DNA of 64,000 bases from an uncultured Alphaproteobacteria bacterium (GCA_902618385.1 CACNAF010000004.1:762-64761); one strand, 5' to 3'; shown: positions 10,074 to 19,302, counted from the first letter of the stretch. The notes: generated by a model from the letters alone, not told the origin. A program made the numbers and translations.

Positions 10074-11165
10074 ATGAAACAAATGAATATTTTTCTACAT
10101 GTTTTTAAAATTATCTTGTTTTCAGGAATTCTTGTTGCAACTGTATCTGCTAGAGCAGAACTAAAAGTTGTAACGACTATTAAACCACTTCATTCATTGA
10201 TTGCTAATGTTATGAATGGAATTGGTGAACCTGGACTTATAATTGAAGGAAGCATATCTCCACATAGTTTTACTATGAAACCATCTCATGCAAAAATGCT
10301 TGAAGAAGCAGATATAGTATTTTGGATTGGTGAGAGTATTGAGACATCATTAGAAGAACCTCTGGAGTCAATAGCAAAAAGTGCTGAAGTCGTAGAGTTT
10401 ATGGAAGTTGAAACAATTGCTAAATTAAAATTTAGAGAAGAATCTATATTTGGTGACCACGATGATCATGACGATCACGACGACCATGACGATCATGACG
10501 ACCATGACGATCATGACGACCATGACGATCATGATGACCATGACGATCATGACGATCATGATGACCATGACGATCATGACGATCACGACGATCACGACGA
10601 CCATGACGATCATGATGATCATGACGATCACAGTGGACACGACGACCACGGTCATGCACATGGTGAATTTGATGCTCACATTTGGTTAGATCCAATGAAT
10701 GCTAAAGAAATGGTTCATGAGATTGCTCATGAGTTAGGTGATTTAGATCCTGCCAATAAAGAGAAATATGAAGCAAATGCTGATGCAACAATCAAAGCTT
10801 TAGACCAATTGATAAATGACGTTAGCAAGGATATTAATTCCGATGCAAAATTTGTCGTTTTCCATGACGCCTACCAATACTTTGAAGAAAGATTTGGTGT
10901 AAGAGCTGCAGGAGCTTTAACATTGAATACTGATGTTTTACCTGGTGCAAAGCAAATAGCTGATATTCAGGATGTTATTAAGGATAAGGGAATAAAATGT
11001 ATTTTCTCTGAACCTCAATTTAATCCAAAGATTATTTCAACAATAGCTGAGGATATGAATATCAAAACAGGAGTTTTTGATCCTTTAGGTGCTAACATCG
11101 ATGCTGGTAAGTCACTTTACTTTACGTTGATTAGTAATCTCGGGGACGAGCTTAAAGGCTGTTAA
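10074..11165 (+). CDS. znuA: Zinc ABC transporter substrate-binding protein with a greatly expanded Asp/His loop
   Basis: 363 aa. Signal peptide, cluster-9 SBP fold motifs (TIKPLHSL..., DAHIWLDP, VVFHDAYQYF), and an internal DH(DDH)n tract. Confidence 0.88.
   Translation: MKQMNIFLHVFKIILFSGILVATVSARAELKVVTTIKPLHSLIANVMNGIGEPGLIIEGSISPHSFTMKPSHAKMLEEADIVFWIGESIETSLEEPLESIAKSAEVVEFMEVETIAKLKFREESIFGDHDDHDDHDDHDDHDDHDDHDDHDDHDDHDDHDDHDDHDDHDDHDDHDDHDDHDDHDDHSGHDDHGHAHGEFDAHIWLDPMNAKEMVHEIAHELGDLDPANKEKYEANADATIKALDQLINDVSKDINSDAKFVVFHDAYQYFEERFGVRAAGALTLNTDVLPGAKQIADIQDVIKDKGIKCIFSEPQFNPKIISTIAEDMNIKTGVFDPLGANIDAGKSLYFTLISNLGDELKGC
10455..10661 (+). repeat. In-frame 9-nt (18-nt super-unit) tandem repeat encoding DH(DDH)19 followed by SGHDDHGHAH
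   Basis: The stretch 10455-10631 contains only GAY and CAY codons (59 residues of D/H). Units such as gacgaccatgacgatcat recur with synonymous third-base variation. Confidence 0.95.
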
Positions 11166-11181
11166 TTTTTAATATTTAAAT

Positions 11182-11210
11182 AAATTCCACCTTGTATTAA
11201 GGTGGAATTT
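11182..11210 (+). terminator. Stem-loop after znuA (10-bp perfect stem)
   Basis: AAATTCCACC-ttgtattaa-GGTGGAATTT, 17 nt after the znuA stop. The downstream T-run is only 3 nt, so it could be a terminator or an attenuator. Confidence 0.5.
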
Positions 11211-11236
11211 ATAGAACTAATTATAAGGAAATTGAT

Positions 11237-12208
11237 ATGGAAAATACTTCTCAGGTTCCAGTTACGGTTTTAACAGGTTTTCTTGGAGCTGGAAAAACAA
11301 CACTTTTAAATCGAATTTTAACTGAACAGCATGGACGTAAATACGCTGTCATTGTTAATGAATTTGGTGAGCAGGGAATTGATAATGACCTTGTTGTTGA
11401 TGCTGATGAAGAAGTATTTGAAATGAATAACGGTTGCATTTGTTGCACTGTTAGAGGTGATTTAATTAGAATTCTTAGTGGTTTAATGAAACGTGCTGAC
11501 AAACTAGATGCAATTATAGTTGAAACAACTGGTTTAGCTGATCCAGCCCCAGTTGCTCAGACATTTTTTGTTGATCAAGACGTTGCTGATAGAACAAAAT
11601 TAGATGCAATTGTTACAGTTGCTGATGCTGTTCATCTAAGTTCTCAACTAGTAGATCATCATGAAGCAGAAGAGCAAATTGCTTTTGCTGATGTAATTTT
11701 GTTAAATAAAGTTGAACTTGTTGAAGATAATGACATTGTGAAAATTAATGATCGTATTAGAAAAATAAATCCTTTTGCAAAGATTATTAAAACAACACGT
11801 TGTGATGCACCTCTTGATGAAATCGTAGGCTTAAATGCATTTAGTCTAGATAGAGTATTAGATATTGAACCTGACTTTCTTGAATCAGATCATGATCATG
11901 AACATGATGATGATGTTACTAGTCTATCCTTTGTATCTGATACACCATTAGATATGGATAAGTTTCAAGATTGGTTTGGAAATTTACTTAGGACTAAGGG
12001 CCAGGATATTCTTCGATCAAAAGGCATTTTGAACTTTAAAGGTGAAGAAGAGCGATATGTATTTCAAGGAGTGCATATGCTTATGGATGCTTCACCAATG
12101 GGACCTTGGCCTAAAGGAAAAGATAGAAGTTCTCGAGTAGTATTTATTGGTCGTGATCTTGATAATATGAATCTTAAGGAAGGCTTTGAAAATTGTAAAT
12201 CAGCATGA
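11237..12208 (+). CDS. COG0523-family (CobW/ZigA/YeiR-like) G3E GTPase, putative zinc metallochaperone
   Basis: 323 aa. P-loop GFLGAGKTTLL, the metal-binding CxCC motif (GCICCT), a His/Asp stretch (SDHDHEHDDD) and a CobW C-terminal domain. Next to the znu genes. Confidence 0.85.
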   Translation: MENTSQVPVTVLTGFLGAGKTTLLNRILTEQHGRKYAVIVNEFGEQGIDNDLVVDADEEVFEMNNGCICCTVRGDLIRILSGLMKRADKLDAIIVETTGLADPAPVAQTFFVDQDVADRTKLDAIVTVADAVHLSSQLVDHHEAEEQIAFADVILLNKVELVEDNDIVKINDRIRKINPFAKIIKTTRCDAPLDEIVGLNAFSLDRVLDIEPDFLESDHDHEHDDDVTSLSFVSDTPLDMDKFQDWFGNLLRTKGQDILRSKGILNFKGEEERYVFQGVHMLMDASPMGPWPKGKDRSSRVVFIGRDLDNMNLKEGFENCKSA

Positions 12209-13242
12209 ACGCTGATTTAGAAAAACTTCAAGAATCAAATAAAACTGAACTTGAAAGAAGAGGTTCAATTTTTAATATTGGAGCTCCAGCTACAGAAGCG
12301 GTTACAATTCGTGATCAAATAGCGGTAGGATTTGGAGACGGCACCGTAAGATTTTTTCAATCTGGATCTGATCCTAAAACTGTTAAAGCACATAAGGGTG
12401 TAGTGTTGAGTATGACAAATTATGAAGATCATGTGTTAACGGGAGGAGACGATGGACGTTTTCTAAAAATATCATCTGATGGAAATATTGATGAAATTTT
12501 TAATTTTGGTTCAAAGTGGGTTGACTGTGTAGCTTCTCACAAAGATACTAAAGTTTGTTCATCAGGAAAGACTGTTTATATTTGGACAAAAAACAAGGAT
12601 AAACCTCAAACTTTAGAGCATCAAAGTACTGTTGCTGGATTAGCATTTGACAATAAAGGTAAGCGTCTTGCGGTCTCAAGATACGGTGGAGTAACAGTGT
12701 GGAAACTTAATAATAATAAATGGACAGCATCAAATTTTACCTGGAAAGGATCGCATGGAACTGTAACGTTTAGCCCAGATACAAAATATATTGTAACTGC
12801 AATGCAAGAAAATCAAATTCATGGTTGGCGCATAAATGACAAAGCGGATTTAGCAATGAGAGGTTATCCATCAAAAATTAAAAGTTTTACTTGGGTTGGT
12901 GATACACCGTATTTGGTAACATCTGGATCCAGTGATGCAGTTTGCTGGCCATTTGATGGTAAAGAAGGACCAATGGGGAGAAAGCCAATTGTTGTTGCAA
13001 ACGGTGGTAAAGAACTTGCAACATTTGTTAAAGCACTTAATGGAGAAAAAGCTGTTTTCACCGGTTTTACAGATGGGTCAGTTTTATTAGCAGAAATTGA
13101 TGAAAGCAAAAAACCAATTATGATTAGAAGTTCAACAGGTTCAGAAGTTTCAACAATAGCTATATCTAGTGATAACTCACAAATATTAATTGGCGATATG
13201 AAAGGTTCTATTCTTTTATCATCTTTATGGGCAGACAATTAA
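12205..13242 (+). CDS. WD40/beta-propeller repeat protein
   Basis: 345 aa with repeated ...GG.DG......W / ...S.D... blades (e.g. LTGGDDGRFLKIS, VTSGSSDAVCWPF, LIGDMKGSILLSS). Its ATG overlaps the COG0523 stop (ATGA). Confidence 0.7.
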   Translation: MNADLEKLQESNKTELERRGSIFNIGAPATEAVTIRDQIAVGFGDGTVRFFQSGSDPKTVKAHKGVVLSMTNYEDHVLTGGDDGRFLKISSDGNIDEIFNFGSKWVDCVASHKDTKVCSSGKTVYIWTKNKDKPQTLEHQSTVAGLAFDNKGKRLAVSRYGGVTVWKLNNNKWTASNFTWKGSHGTVTFSPDTKYIVTAMQENQIHGWRINDKADLAMRGYPSKIKSFTWVGDTPYLVTSGSSDAVCWPFDGKEGPMGRKPIVVANGGKELATFVKALNGEKAVFTGFTDGSVLLAEIDESKKPIMIRSSTGSEVSTIAISSDNSQILIGDMKGSILLSSLWADN

Positions 13243-13252
13243 AGGAGAAAAT

Positions 13253-13507
13253 ATGTTTAATCGTAAAACTCAAAATGTTGAAAAAATAAGAAATCTTAAA
13301 CATTTAATTTCCAAGAAATATAAATTACCAGAAAATACTATAATAAGTATTGCTGAGCTCAGTTGTCATGAACCTGATTGTCCACCAATTGAAACTGTAA
13401 TTACTGCAAGAAATGAAGACGGATCAATGAAAAATTGGCGAGTTGCAAAATCAATAGAAGAAATAGAGGAGTCAGATATTAATAATCTAACAAATCACAC
13501 TCATTAA
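13253..13507 (+). CDS. Small conserved-looking hypothetical protein with a CHEPDCPP motif
   Basis: 84 aa. Strong RBS (AAAGGAGAAAAT-ATG) 10 nt after the WD40 stop. Only 2 Cys, in C-x4-C-P-P, and the C-terminus ends NHTH. I recognise no family. Confidence 0.5.
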   Translation: MFNRKTQNVEKIRNLKHLISKKYKLPENTIISIAELSCHEPDCPPIETVITARNEDGSMKNWRVAKSIEEIEESDINNLTNHTH

Positions 13508-13530
13508 ATTATTAAATTTAAAATAATTTA

Positions 13531-13614
13531 TTAACAGCAATCTCCACCTTCACAAGTACAGCAACAGCTACAACTGCAACCACACTTTGGTGGGTTTGGA
13601 TTTTGATTTTTCAT
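13531..13614 (-). CDS. 27-aa cysteine-rich peptide (metallothionein-like), below the ORF-track size cutoff
   Basis: Reverse-strand ATG 13614 to TAA 13531 encodes MKNQNPNPPKCGCSCSCCCTCEGGDCC (9 Cys of 27). AGGT lies 6 nt upstream of the ATG. It fills an otherwise unexplained 147-nt gap and forms a local G+C rise. Confidence 0.55.
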   Translation of the reverse strand: MKNQNPNPPKCGCSCSCCCTCEGGDCC

Positions 13615-13654
13615 AATCATACCTATATATTTTATATAATAATTTAAAATACAT

Positions 13655-14512
13655 ATGAGAAAAGCATTAGAAATTAAACAATGTATGAAGACTTTCGAGG
13701 GTGACGGGATACCTGTAACGAGAGCTTTCCCTGTCCCCGGAATGAGAGAAAACGATCCATTTCTTCTTTTTGATCATTTCGGCCCAATTAATTATGAGCC
13801 AGGAGGTGCAACTGGTGTACCAGCACATCCTCATTGTGGATTTGAGGCAATTACTTATATGCTTGGTGGTGAAGTAGAGCATAGAGACTCATTTGGAGGA
13901 AAAGCAGAAATTGAAACTGGTGATGTACAATGGATGACAACCGGATCAGGTTTAATCCACTCTGAATTAGTAACAGAAAAATTTAAGAAGAGTGGTGGTA
14001 TCATGCAAGGATTACAAATTTGGGTAAATCTTCCACAAAAAAATAAAAAAGTGAAACCTTGGTACCAACATATTAAAAGAAACACTATTCCAACAGTATC
14101 TGAAAATGCAAATATAGAAATTAAAGTTCTTGTGGGTGAAATAAATGGAACCAAATCCAAAGTTCAAACATATTCACCTGTATCAATATTTGATATTCAA
14201 TTTTCAAAACCAGATATGACAAAGTTTAATGTTGATAAAGAACAAAATCTTATGATCTATATTATTGATGGTCAGTTACAGTTTAATGAGCAAGATAAAA
14301 TTGCTAATAAAGGTGATATGATTTATTTTGATCAATCAAGTGATGAGATTCAACTTACATCAATATCAGAAAAAGGATCCTACCTAGTTTTAGCAGGTAA
14401 GCCGCTTAAAGAACCAGTAGCACGTTATGGTCCTTTTGTGGCAAATTCTGAAGGAGAAATCAAGCAAGCAATGATGGACTATCAAGAAGGAAAGATGGGA
14501 AGCTTAGCTTAA
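13655..14512 (+). CDS. Pirin family protein
   Basis: 285 aa. N-terminal cupin with HPHCGFEAITYMLGGEVEHRDS (pirin metal-site motif) and a C-terminal pirin domain (RYGPFVANSEGEIKQAMMDYQ). Confidence 0.88.
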   Translation: MRKALEIKQCMKTFEGDGIPVTRAFPVPGMRENDPFLLFDHFGPINYEPGGATGVPAHPHCGFEAITYMLGGEVEHRDSFGGKAEIETGDVQWMTTGSGLIHSELVTEKFKKSGGIMQGLQIWVNLPQKNKKVKPWYQHIKRNTIPTVSENANIEIKVLVGEINGTKSKVQTYSPVSIFDIQFSKPDMTKFNVDKEQNLMIYIIDGQLQFNEQDKIANKGDMIYFDQSSDEIQLTSISEKGSYLVLAGKPLKEPVARYGPFVANSEGEIKQAMMDYQEGKMGSLA

Positions 14513-14955
14513 GTTAATTGACGTAACATTTCACCAGCTACAATAGCAACTGAACTACTAAGATTAATCGATCTAGGCCCCTTTATCATTGGTATTGTTA
14601 ATCTTTCATCGACAGAGCTATGAACAAAATCAGGTGCTCCTGCACTTTCTCTGCCAAATAAAATAATATCATTTGATTGAAATTTATAATCGAAATATCT
14701 TTTTTTACTTTTTGTTGTTAGAAGAACGAGTCGATATGAATTATCTTTTGACCACTCATAAAATTTTTCCCAACTTAAATGTTTTTTTAATTCTAGATAA
14801 TCATAGTAATCCATTGATGCTCTTTTTAATCTTCTATCATCAATCACAAAGCCAGCTGGCTCTATTATATCTACTGGTATTCCAAGACACGCACCTAGTC
14901 TAAATATGTTTCCTGCATTTTGAGGTATGTCGGGTTCAAATAGAGCAATTCTCAT
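14509..14955 (-). CDS. trmL: tRNA (cytidine/uridine-2'-O)-methyltransferase, SpoU/TrmL type
   Basis: 148 aa. MRIALFEPDIPQNAGNIFR...LFGRESAG...IPM...RSINLSSSVAIV are the SPOUT TrmL motifs. Confidence 0.8.
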   Translation of the reverse strand: MRIALFEPDIPQNAGNIFRLGACLGIPVDIIEPAGFVIDDRRLKRASMDYYDYLELKKHLSWEKFYEWSKDNSYRLVLLTTKSKKRYFDYKFQSNDIILFGRESAGAPDFVHSSVDERLTIPMIKGPRSINLSSSVAIVAGEMLRQLT

Positions 14956-15050
14956 GTTTTTTTACTATATTATTTTATTACTTGCGTCACGCTGGCACAT
15001 ATTTAAAAAGTATTTTTTTGAGTAATTAAGATATAAGAAATTCACAATAA

Positions 15051-15578
15051 ATGGCTAAAAAACCCAAAAATAAGAGAAGAGATTTCCTACAACTTAGCAC
15101 AGTAACGCTTGGTGCTGTTGGAACAGCTGCTTTTATATGGCCTTTTCTAAAAAGTATGAGTCCAGCAGAAGACACTTTAGCTGCAGGATCAACCGAAGTA
15201 GATATTAGTGCTATTGAAGAAGGTCAAAGTATAACAATAAAGTGGCGTGGAAAACCTGTTTTTATTAAAAAAAGAACAAAAGATGAGATTGATGCAGCTA
15301 AAATGGTTCAAGCTTCTGACTTAAGAGATCCACAAGATGATGCAGATAGAGTTCAAAAAGAAGAATGGTTAGTTTTAGTGGGAGTATGTACACACTTAGG
15401 TTGTGTTCCACTTGGTCAGAAGGTTTCAGATATGAAAGGTGAGTATGATGGTTGGTACTGCCCATGTCATGGTTCACATTACGATACATCAGGTAGGATA
15501 AGAAAGGGACCAGCACCAAAAAACTTGGACGTTCCGCCCTATACCTTTTTAAATGATAATACTATAAAGATAGGATAA
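15051..15578 (+). CDS. petA: Ubiquinol-cytochrome c reductase Rieske iron-sulfur subunit
   Basis: 175 aa. Tat-like N-terminus (RRDFL) and Rieske boxes CTHLGC and CPCHGS. Confidence 0.93.
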   Translation: MAKKPKNKRRDFLQLSTVTLGAVGTAAFIWPFLKSMSPAEDTLAAGSTEVDISAIEEGQSITIKWRGKPVFIKKRTKDEIDAAKMVQASDLRDPQDDADRVQKEEWLVLVGVCTHLGCVPLGQKVSDMKGEYDGWYCPCHGSHYDTSGRIRKGPAPKNLDVPPYTFLNDNTIKIG

Positions 15579-15579
15579 C

Positions 15580-16872
15580 ATGGATAAGAATAGAAAAGTA
15601 CATCAGTTTAAAAATCCTATCCTCAATTGGATAGAGTTTCGTTTACCAATTATTTCTTACTTCAAAAAAGAATACGGTGATTATCCAATGCCTAAAAATT
15701 GTAATTATTTTTGGAGTTTTGGTGCATTAGCAACAATTACGCTTGTTACAATGATAGTAAGCGGAATTTTTCTTGCAATGAATTACACGCCACATACCGA
15801 TATGGCATTTGATAGTGTTGAAAGAATAATGCGAGATGTCAATTACGGTTGGTTAATGCGATACATCCATTCCAATGGTGCAGCCTTTTTCTTCATCATA
15901 GTTTACATTCATATAGTAAGAGCAATGTATTTTGGTTCTTACAAGTATCCAAGAGAGCTTAATTGGATTTTAGGTGTATTTATATTTTTATTAATGATGG
16001 CAACTTCTTTTCTTGGTTACACATTACCGTGGGGACAAATGTCTTATTGGGGAGCAACGGTTATAACTAATTTATTTAGCGCAATTCCATTTATTGGTGA
16101 GGGATTAAAGACATGGCTTCTTGGTGATTACAATGTTGGAAATGCTACTTTAAACCGTTTCTTTGCTCTTCATTATGTTTTACCATTTGTTATTTTTGGT
16201 GTTGTAGGATTACATGTTGCTGCAGTCCATGTTCATGGTTCAAATAACCCTGATGGGATTGATATTAAAACTAACAATGACTCAGTAAACTTTTTTCCAT
16301 ATATGTTAATTAAAGATACAGTAGCTATGTGTGCTTTTGGTGTTGCTATTTCTGCAGTAATATTCTTTGGACCAAATCTTATGGCTGAAGTTGATAATTA
16401 TATTCCAGCAGATCCACTTGTTACTCCAGCTCACATTGTTCCAAACTGGTATCTTGCACCTTTTTATGCAATTTTAAGAGCAGTACCTGATAAATTAGGA
16501 GGGGTTCTCCTAATGTTTGGTGCGATAGTAATTCTCTTTGTTCTACCTTGGCTTGATAGATCAAAAGTGAGAAGCTGTAATTATAGACCAATATATAAGT
16601 GGTTTATGATGGGCTTTTTTGTTAACTTCTTTGCATTAGGCTACGTTGGTATGCTTCCTGCTGAAGGTTTATATCTTTTAATTGCTAGAGTAGGTTTACT
16701 TTACTACTTTGGTTTTTTCTTTATCATTACACCTTTTGTTGGTTGGATAGAGAAGCCAAGTAAGCTACCGCTCAGTATTAGTGATGTTTATGCTAAAAAT
16801 ATAGCTCCTAATATCGGTGGAGGAGAAAAAGGAATTCCTTCACCAGCAATGCAAAAAGATACAAATCTATAA
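15580..16872 (+). CDS. petB: Cytochrome b
   Basis: 430 aa polytopic protein with cytochrome b motifs (RYIHSNGAAFFF, PWGQMSYWGATVITN, PEWY-type region VPNWYLAPFY). Confidence 0.95.
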   Translation: MDKNRKVHQFKNPILNWIEFRLPIISYFKKEYGDYPMPKNCNYFWSFGALATITLVTMIVSGIFLAMNYTPHTDMAFDSVERIMRDVNYGWLMRYIHSNGAAFFFIIVYIHIVRAMYFGSYKYPRELNWILGVFIFLLMMATSFLGYTLPWGQMSYWGATVITNLFSAIPFIGEGLKTWLLGDYNVGNATLNRFFALHYVLPFVIFGVVGLHVAAVHVHGSNNPDGIDIKTNNDSVNFFPYMLIKDTVAMCAFGVAISAVIFFGPNLMAEVDNYIPADPLVTPAHIVPNWYLAPFYAILRAVPDKLGGVLLMFGAIVILFVLPWLDRSKVRSCNYRPIYKWFMMGFFVNFFALGYVGMLPAEGLYLLIARVGLLYYFGFFFIITPFVGWIEKPSKLPLSISDVYAKNIAPNIGGGEKGIPSPAMQKDTNL

Positions 16873-17621
16873 TGCGCCTATTACTTATTATTTTTTTATT
16901 ATTCTCTTCAAATCTATTTGCTGCAGAAATGAGTACTGAAAAAATGCCAAAACATGATTGGTCTTTTAAAGGTGTAACGGGAACTTTTGATAGAGCTGCA
17001 ATACAAAGGGGCTATAAAGTTTATAGAGAAGTATGCGCAGGATGTCATTCAATGAAACTTCTGTATTACAGGGATCTTATTGATATTGGTTTTTCTGAAG
17101 CTCAAGTAAAAGTAATTGCTTCTGAATATACTGTATTAGACGGTCCAAATGATGACGGTGAAATGTTTGAAAGACCGGCTAGACCAGCAGATAGATTTGT
17201 CAATCCATATGCTAATGATAACGAGGCAAGAGCAAATAATAATGGAGCTTATCCTCCAGATTTGAGTGTAATTACAAAAGCTAGAAAATATGGGGTTGAT
17301 TATATTTATAACCTTCTTCTAGGTTATGTTGAACCTCCAAAGGGAATGGAGGTCGGTAATGGAATGTGGTACAATAAATGGATGGCTGGAAATCAAATAG
17401 CTATGCCAGCACCTATAGCCGATGGAAGTGTAGATTATGATGACGGCACTGATAATAATGCAGAACAGTTATCGGCTGATGTAACACATTTTCTTCACTG
17501 GGCTGCTGAACCAGAAATGGAAGAAAGAAAAAATTTAGGAATCAAAGTAATATTATTCTTTATTATTCTAGGAACAATTGTGTACTTAGCAAAAAATAGA
17601 CTTTGGCGAGACGTCACTTAG
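16872..17621 (+). CDS. petC: Cytochrome c1
   Basis: 249 aa. Signal peptide, haem motif CAGCHS, and a C-terminal TM anchor. Third gene of petABC. Confidence 0.92.
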   Translation: MRLLLIIFLLFSSNLFAAEMSTEKMPKHDWSFKGVTGTFDRAAIQRGYKVYREVCAGCHSMKLLYYRDLIDIGFSEAQVKVIASEYTVLDGPNDDGEMFERPARPADRFVNPYANDNEARANNNGAYPPDLSVITKARKYGVDYIYNLLLGYVEPPKGMEVGNGMWYNKWMAGNQIAMPAPIADGSVDYDDGTDNNAEQLSADVTHFLHWAAEPEMEERKNLGIKVILFFIILGTIVYLAKNRLWRDVT

Positions 17622-18718
17622 ACATTAAATAAAAAGTTCATTACATCACCGTCTCTGACGATATAATCCTTACCTTCTTGTCTTAGCTTTCCTGAATCTC
17701 TACTTCCTGCATCACCATTATTTTCTATATAGTCGTCATAAGATACAGTCTCTGCTCTAATAAATCCTTTTTCAAAATCAGTGTGAATTTTTCCAGCAGC
17801 TTGAGGTGCGAGTGTTTCTTTTTTTATTGTCCATGATCTTGTTTCTTTTGGACCACATGTAAAATAATTTATCAAACCTAAAAGCTCATATCCTGATTTT
17901 ATAACCTTATTCAATGTTGTTTGATCTAAATTAAGTTCTTTTAGAAATTCAAGTTTTTCTTCCTCATTATCTAATTCCGCTATTTGTGCTTCTATTGATG
18001 CAGAGATTAAAACTACAGAATGATTATTTTTTTTGGCAAACTCAATGACTTTTTTTGATAACTCGTTTCCAGTGTGAATAGATTCTTCATCTACATTACA
18101 TATATACATAGTAGGCTTTAGACTAATTAAGTTAAGACTATTTACAAAGTCAATTTCATTACTAGCAAATTCATCAATTTTTAAGATACTATTAGCATCT
18201 AGCATTTGTAAGATTTTATTTGTTATCTCAAATTGATGTTTAGCTTCTTTATCATTTGCTTTTAATTTTTTTTCTAAACTAGTTTTTTTATTATTTAAGC
18301 TTTCAAGATCAGCCAATTGTAATTCTAAATTTATTGTTTCAATATCATCTAGTGGATCAATTTTTGATGATACATGAGTAATGTTAGTATCTTCAAAGCA
18401 TCTAACAACATGTGCTATTGCGTCAACTTCCCTAACATGTCCTAAAAATTTATTTCCTAAACCTTCTCCTTGTGAAGCTCCTTTTACTAATCCTGCAATA
18501 TCAACAAAATCCATAAAAGAAGGAATTATTTTTTCACTCTTTCCAATGATTGCTAGTTTATCTAATCTGTCATCGGGCACTGCAACTCTTCCTATATTTG
18601 GTTCTATAGTCGCAAATGGATAATTTGCAGCTTCCGCTTTATTTGATTGGGTAAGAGCATTGAATAAAGTAGATTTACCAACATTTGGCAATCCAACTAT
18701 CCCACACTTAAATCCCAT
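17618..18718 (-). CDS. ychF: Redox-regulated ATPase YchF
   Basis: 366 aa. GIVGLPNVGKSTLFNALT, a TGS-like C-terminus (DFEKGFIRAE). Part of the conserved ychF-pth-rplY-prs block. Confidence 0.92.
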   Translation of the reverse strand: MGFKCGIVGLPNVGKSTLFNALTQSNKAEAANYPFATIEPNIGRVAVPDDRLDKLAIIGKSEKIIPSFMDFVDIAGLVKGASQGEGLGNKFLGHVREVDAIAHVVRCFEDTNITHVSSKIDPLDDIETINLELQLADLESLNNKKTSLEKKLKANDKEAKHQFEITNKILQMLDANSILKIDEFASNEIDFVNSLNLISLKPTMYICNVDEESIHTGNELSKKVIEFAKKNNHSVVLISASIEAQIAELDNEEEKLEFLKELNLDQTTLNKVIKSGYELLGLINYFTCGPKETRSWTIKKETLAPQAAGKIHTDFEKGFIRAETVSYDDYIENNGDAGSRDSGKLRQEGKDYIVRDGDVMNFLFNV

Positions 18719-18720
18719 AA

Positions 18721-19281
18721 TTAATTTTGCTCACTTATTTTTGTTAAAAATAAAGGAATATTTGAAAATATTAATTCTATATTTTTAACCATTTTATCAA
18801 TTTTTTTCTTTATTATTTCTTCTTCTGAATTTGAAAATTTATTTAAAACATAACCTGAAACTAAATCTTTATGCCCAGGATGATCAATTCCAATACGGAT
18901 TCTAAAATAATTTTCTCCTATAAATTGGTCAATGCTTTCCAATCCATTATGACCTCCGTTTCCACCACCTTGTTTTATTTTTACTTTCGATAATTCTAAA
19001 TCAAGGTCATCATGTATAACAAAAGTATGGTCTAATTTTATTTTATAAAAATTTACAATCTCTGAAACAGCTTTTCCAGACAAGTTCATGAATGTAAGAG
19101 GTTTTAACACAAAGATTTTTTGATTATTAATTACGCCTGAATATAATTCTTTAATTTTATCTTCTTTGATTTTGTCTAAATTAAAATGCAAGATTATACT
19201 ATCCACTAAATGGAAACCTAAATTATGTCTGGTATTTTTATAATTTACACCTGGGTTCCCAAGTCCACAAATTAAAAACAT
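18721..19281 (-). CDS. pth: Peptidyl-tRNA hydrolase
   Basis: 186 aa. GLGNPG..Y..TRHN.GF and GGHNGL motifs. Confidence 0.92.
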   Translation of the reverse strand: MFLICGLGNPGVNYKNTRHNLGFHLVDSIILHFNLDKIKEDKIKELYSGVINNQKIFVLKPLTFMNLSGKAVSEIVNFYKIKLDHTFVIHDDLDLELSKVKIKQGGGNGGHNGLESIDQFIGENYFRIRIGIDHPGHKDLVSGYVLNKFSNSEEEIIKKKIDKMVKNIELIFSNIPLFLTKISEQN

Positions 19282-19302
19282 AAAATGAAATATAAAGTAA
19301 AG

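Noticed and set aside
10455-10661. Tandem repeat considered as a CRISPR array or non-coding satellite
   Set aside because: The unit is 9/18 nt with no spacers. It is in frame within znuA and encodes a metal-binding Asp/His tract.
10425-10695. Three additional ORFs (84, 83 and 79 aa; M/I/V-rich, R/H/D-rich, M/T/I-rich) overlapping the znuA repeat on both strands
   Set aside because: They are artefacts of the 9-nt periodic GAY/CAY repeat, which stays open in several frames. They are low-complexity, and the + strand frame is embedded in a bona fide ZnuA fold.
14993-15009. TGGCAC hexamer upstream of petA, resembling a sigma-54 -24 element
   Set aside because: The expected -12 TTGC element is absent at the right spacing (the sequence reads TGGCACatattTAAA). 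There is no enhancer-binding protein nearby, so it is probably fortuitous.
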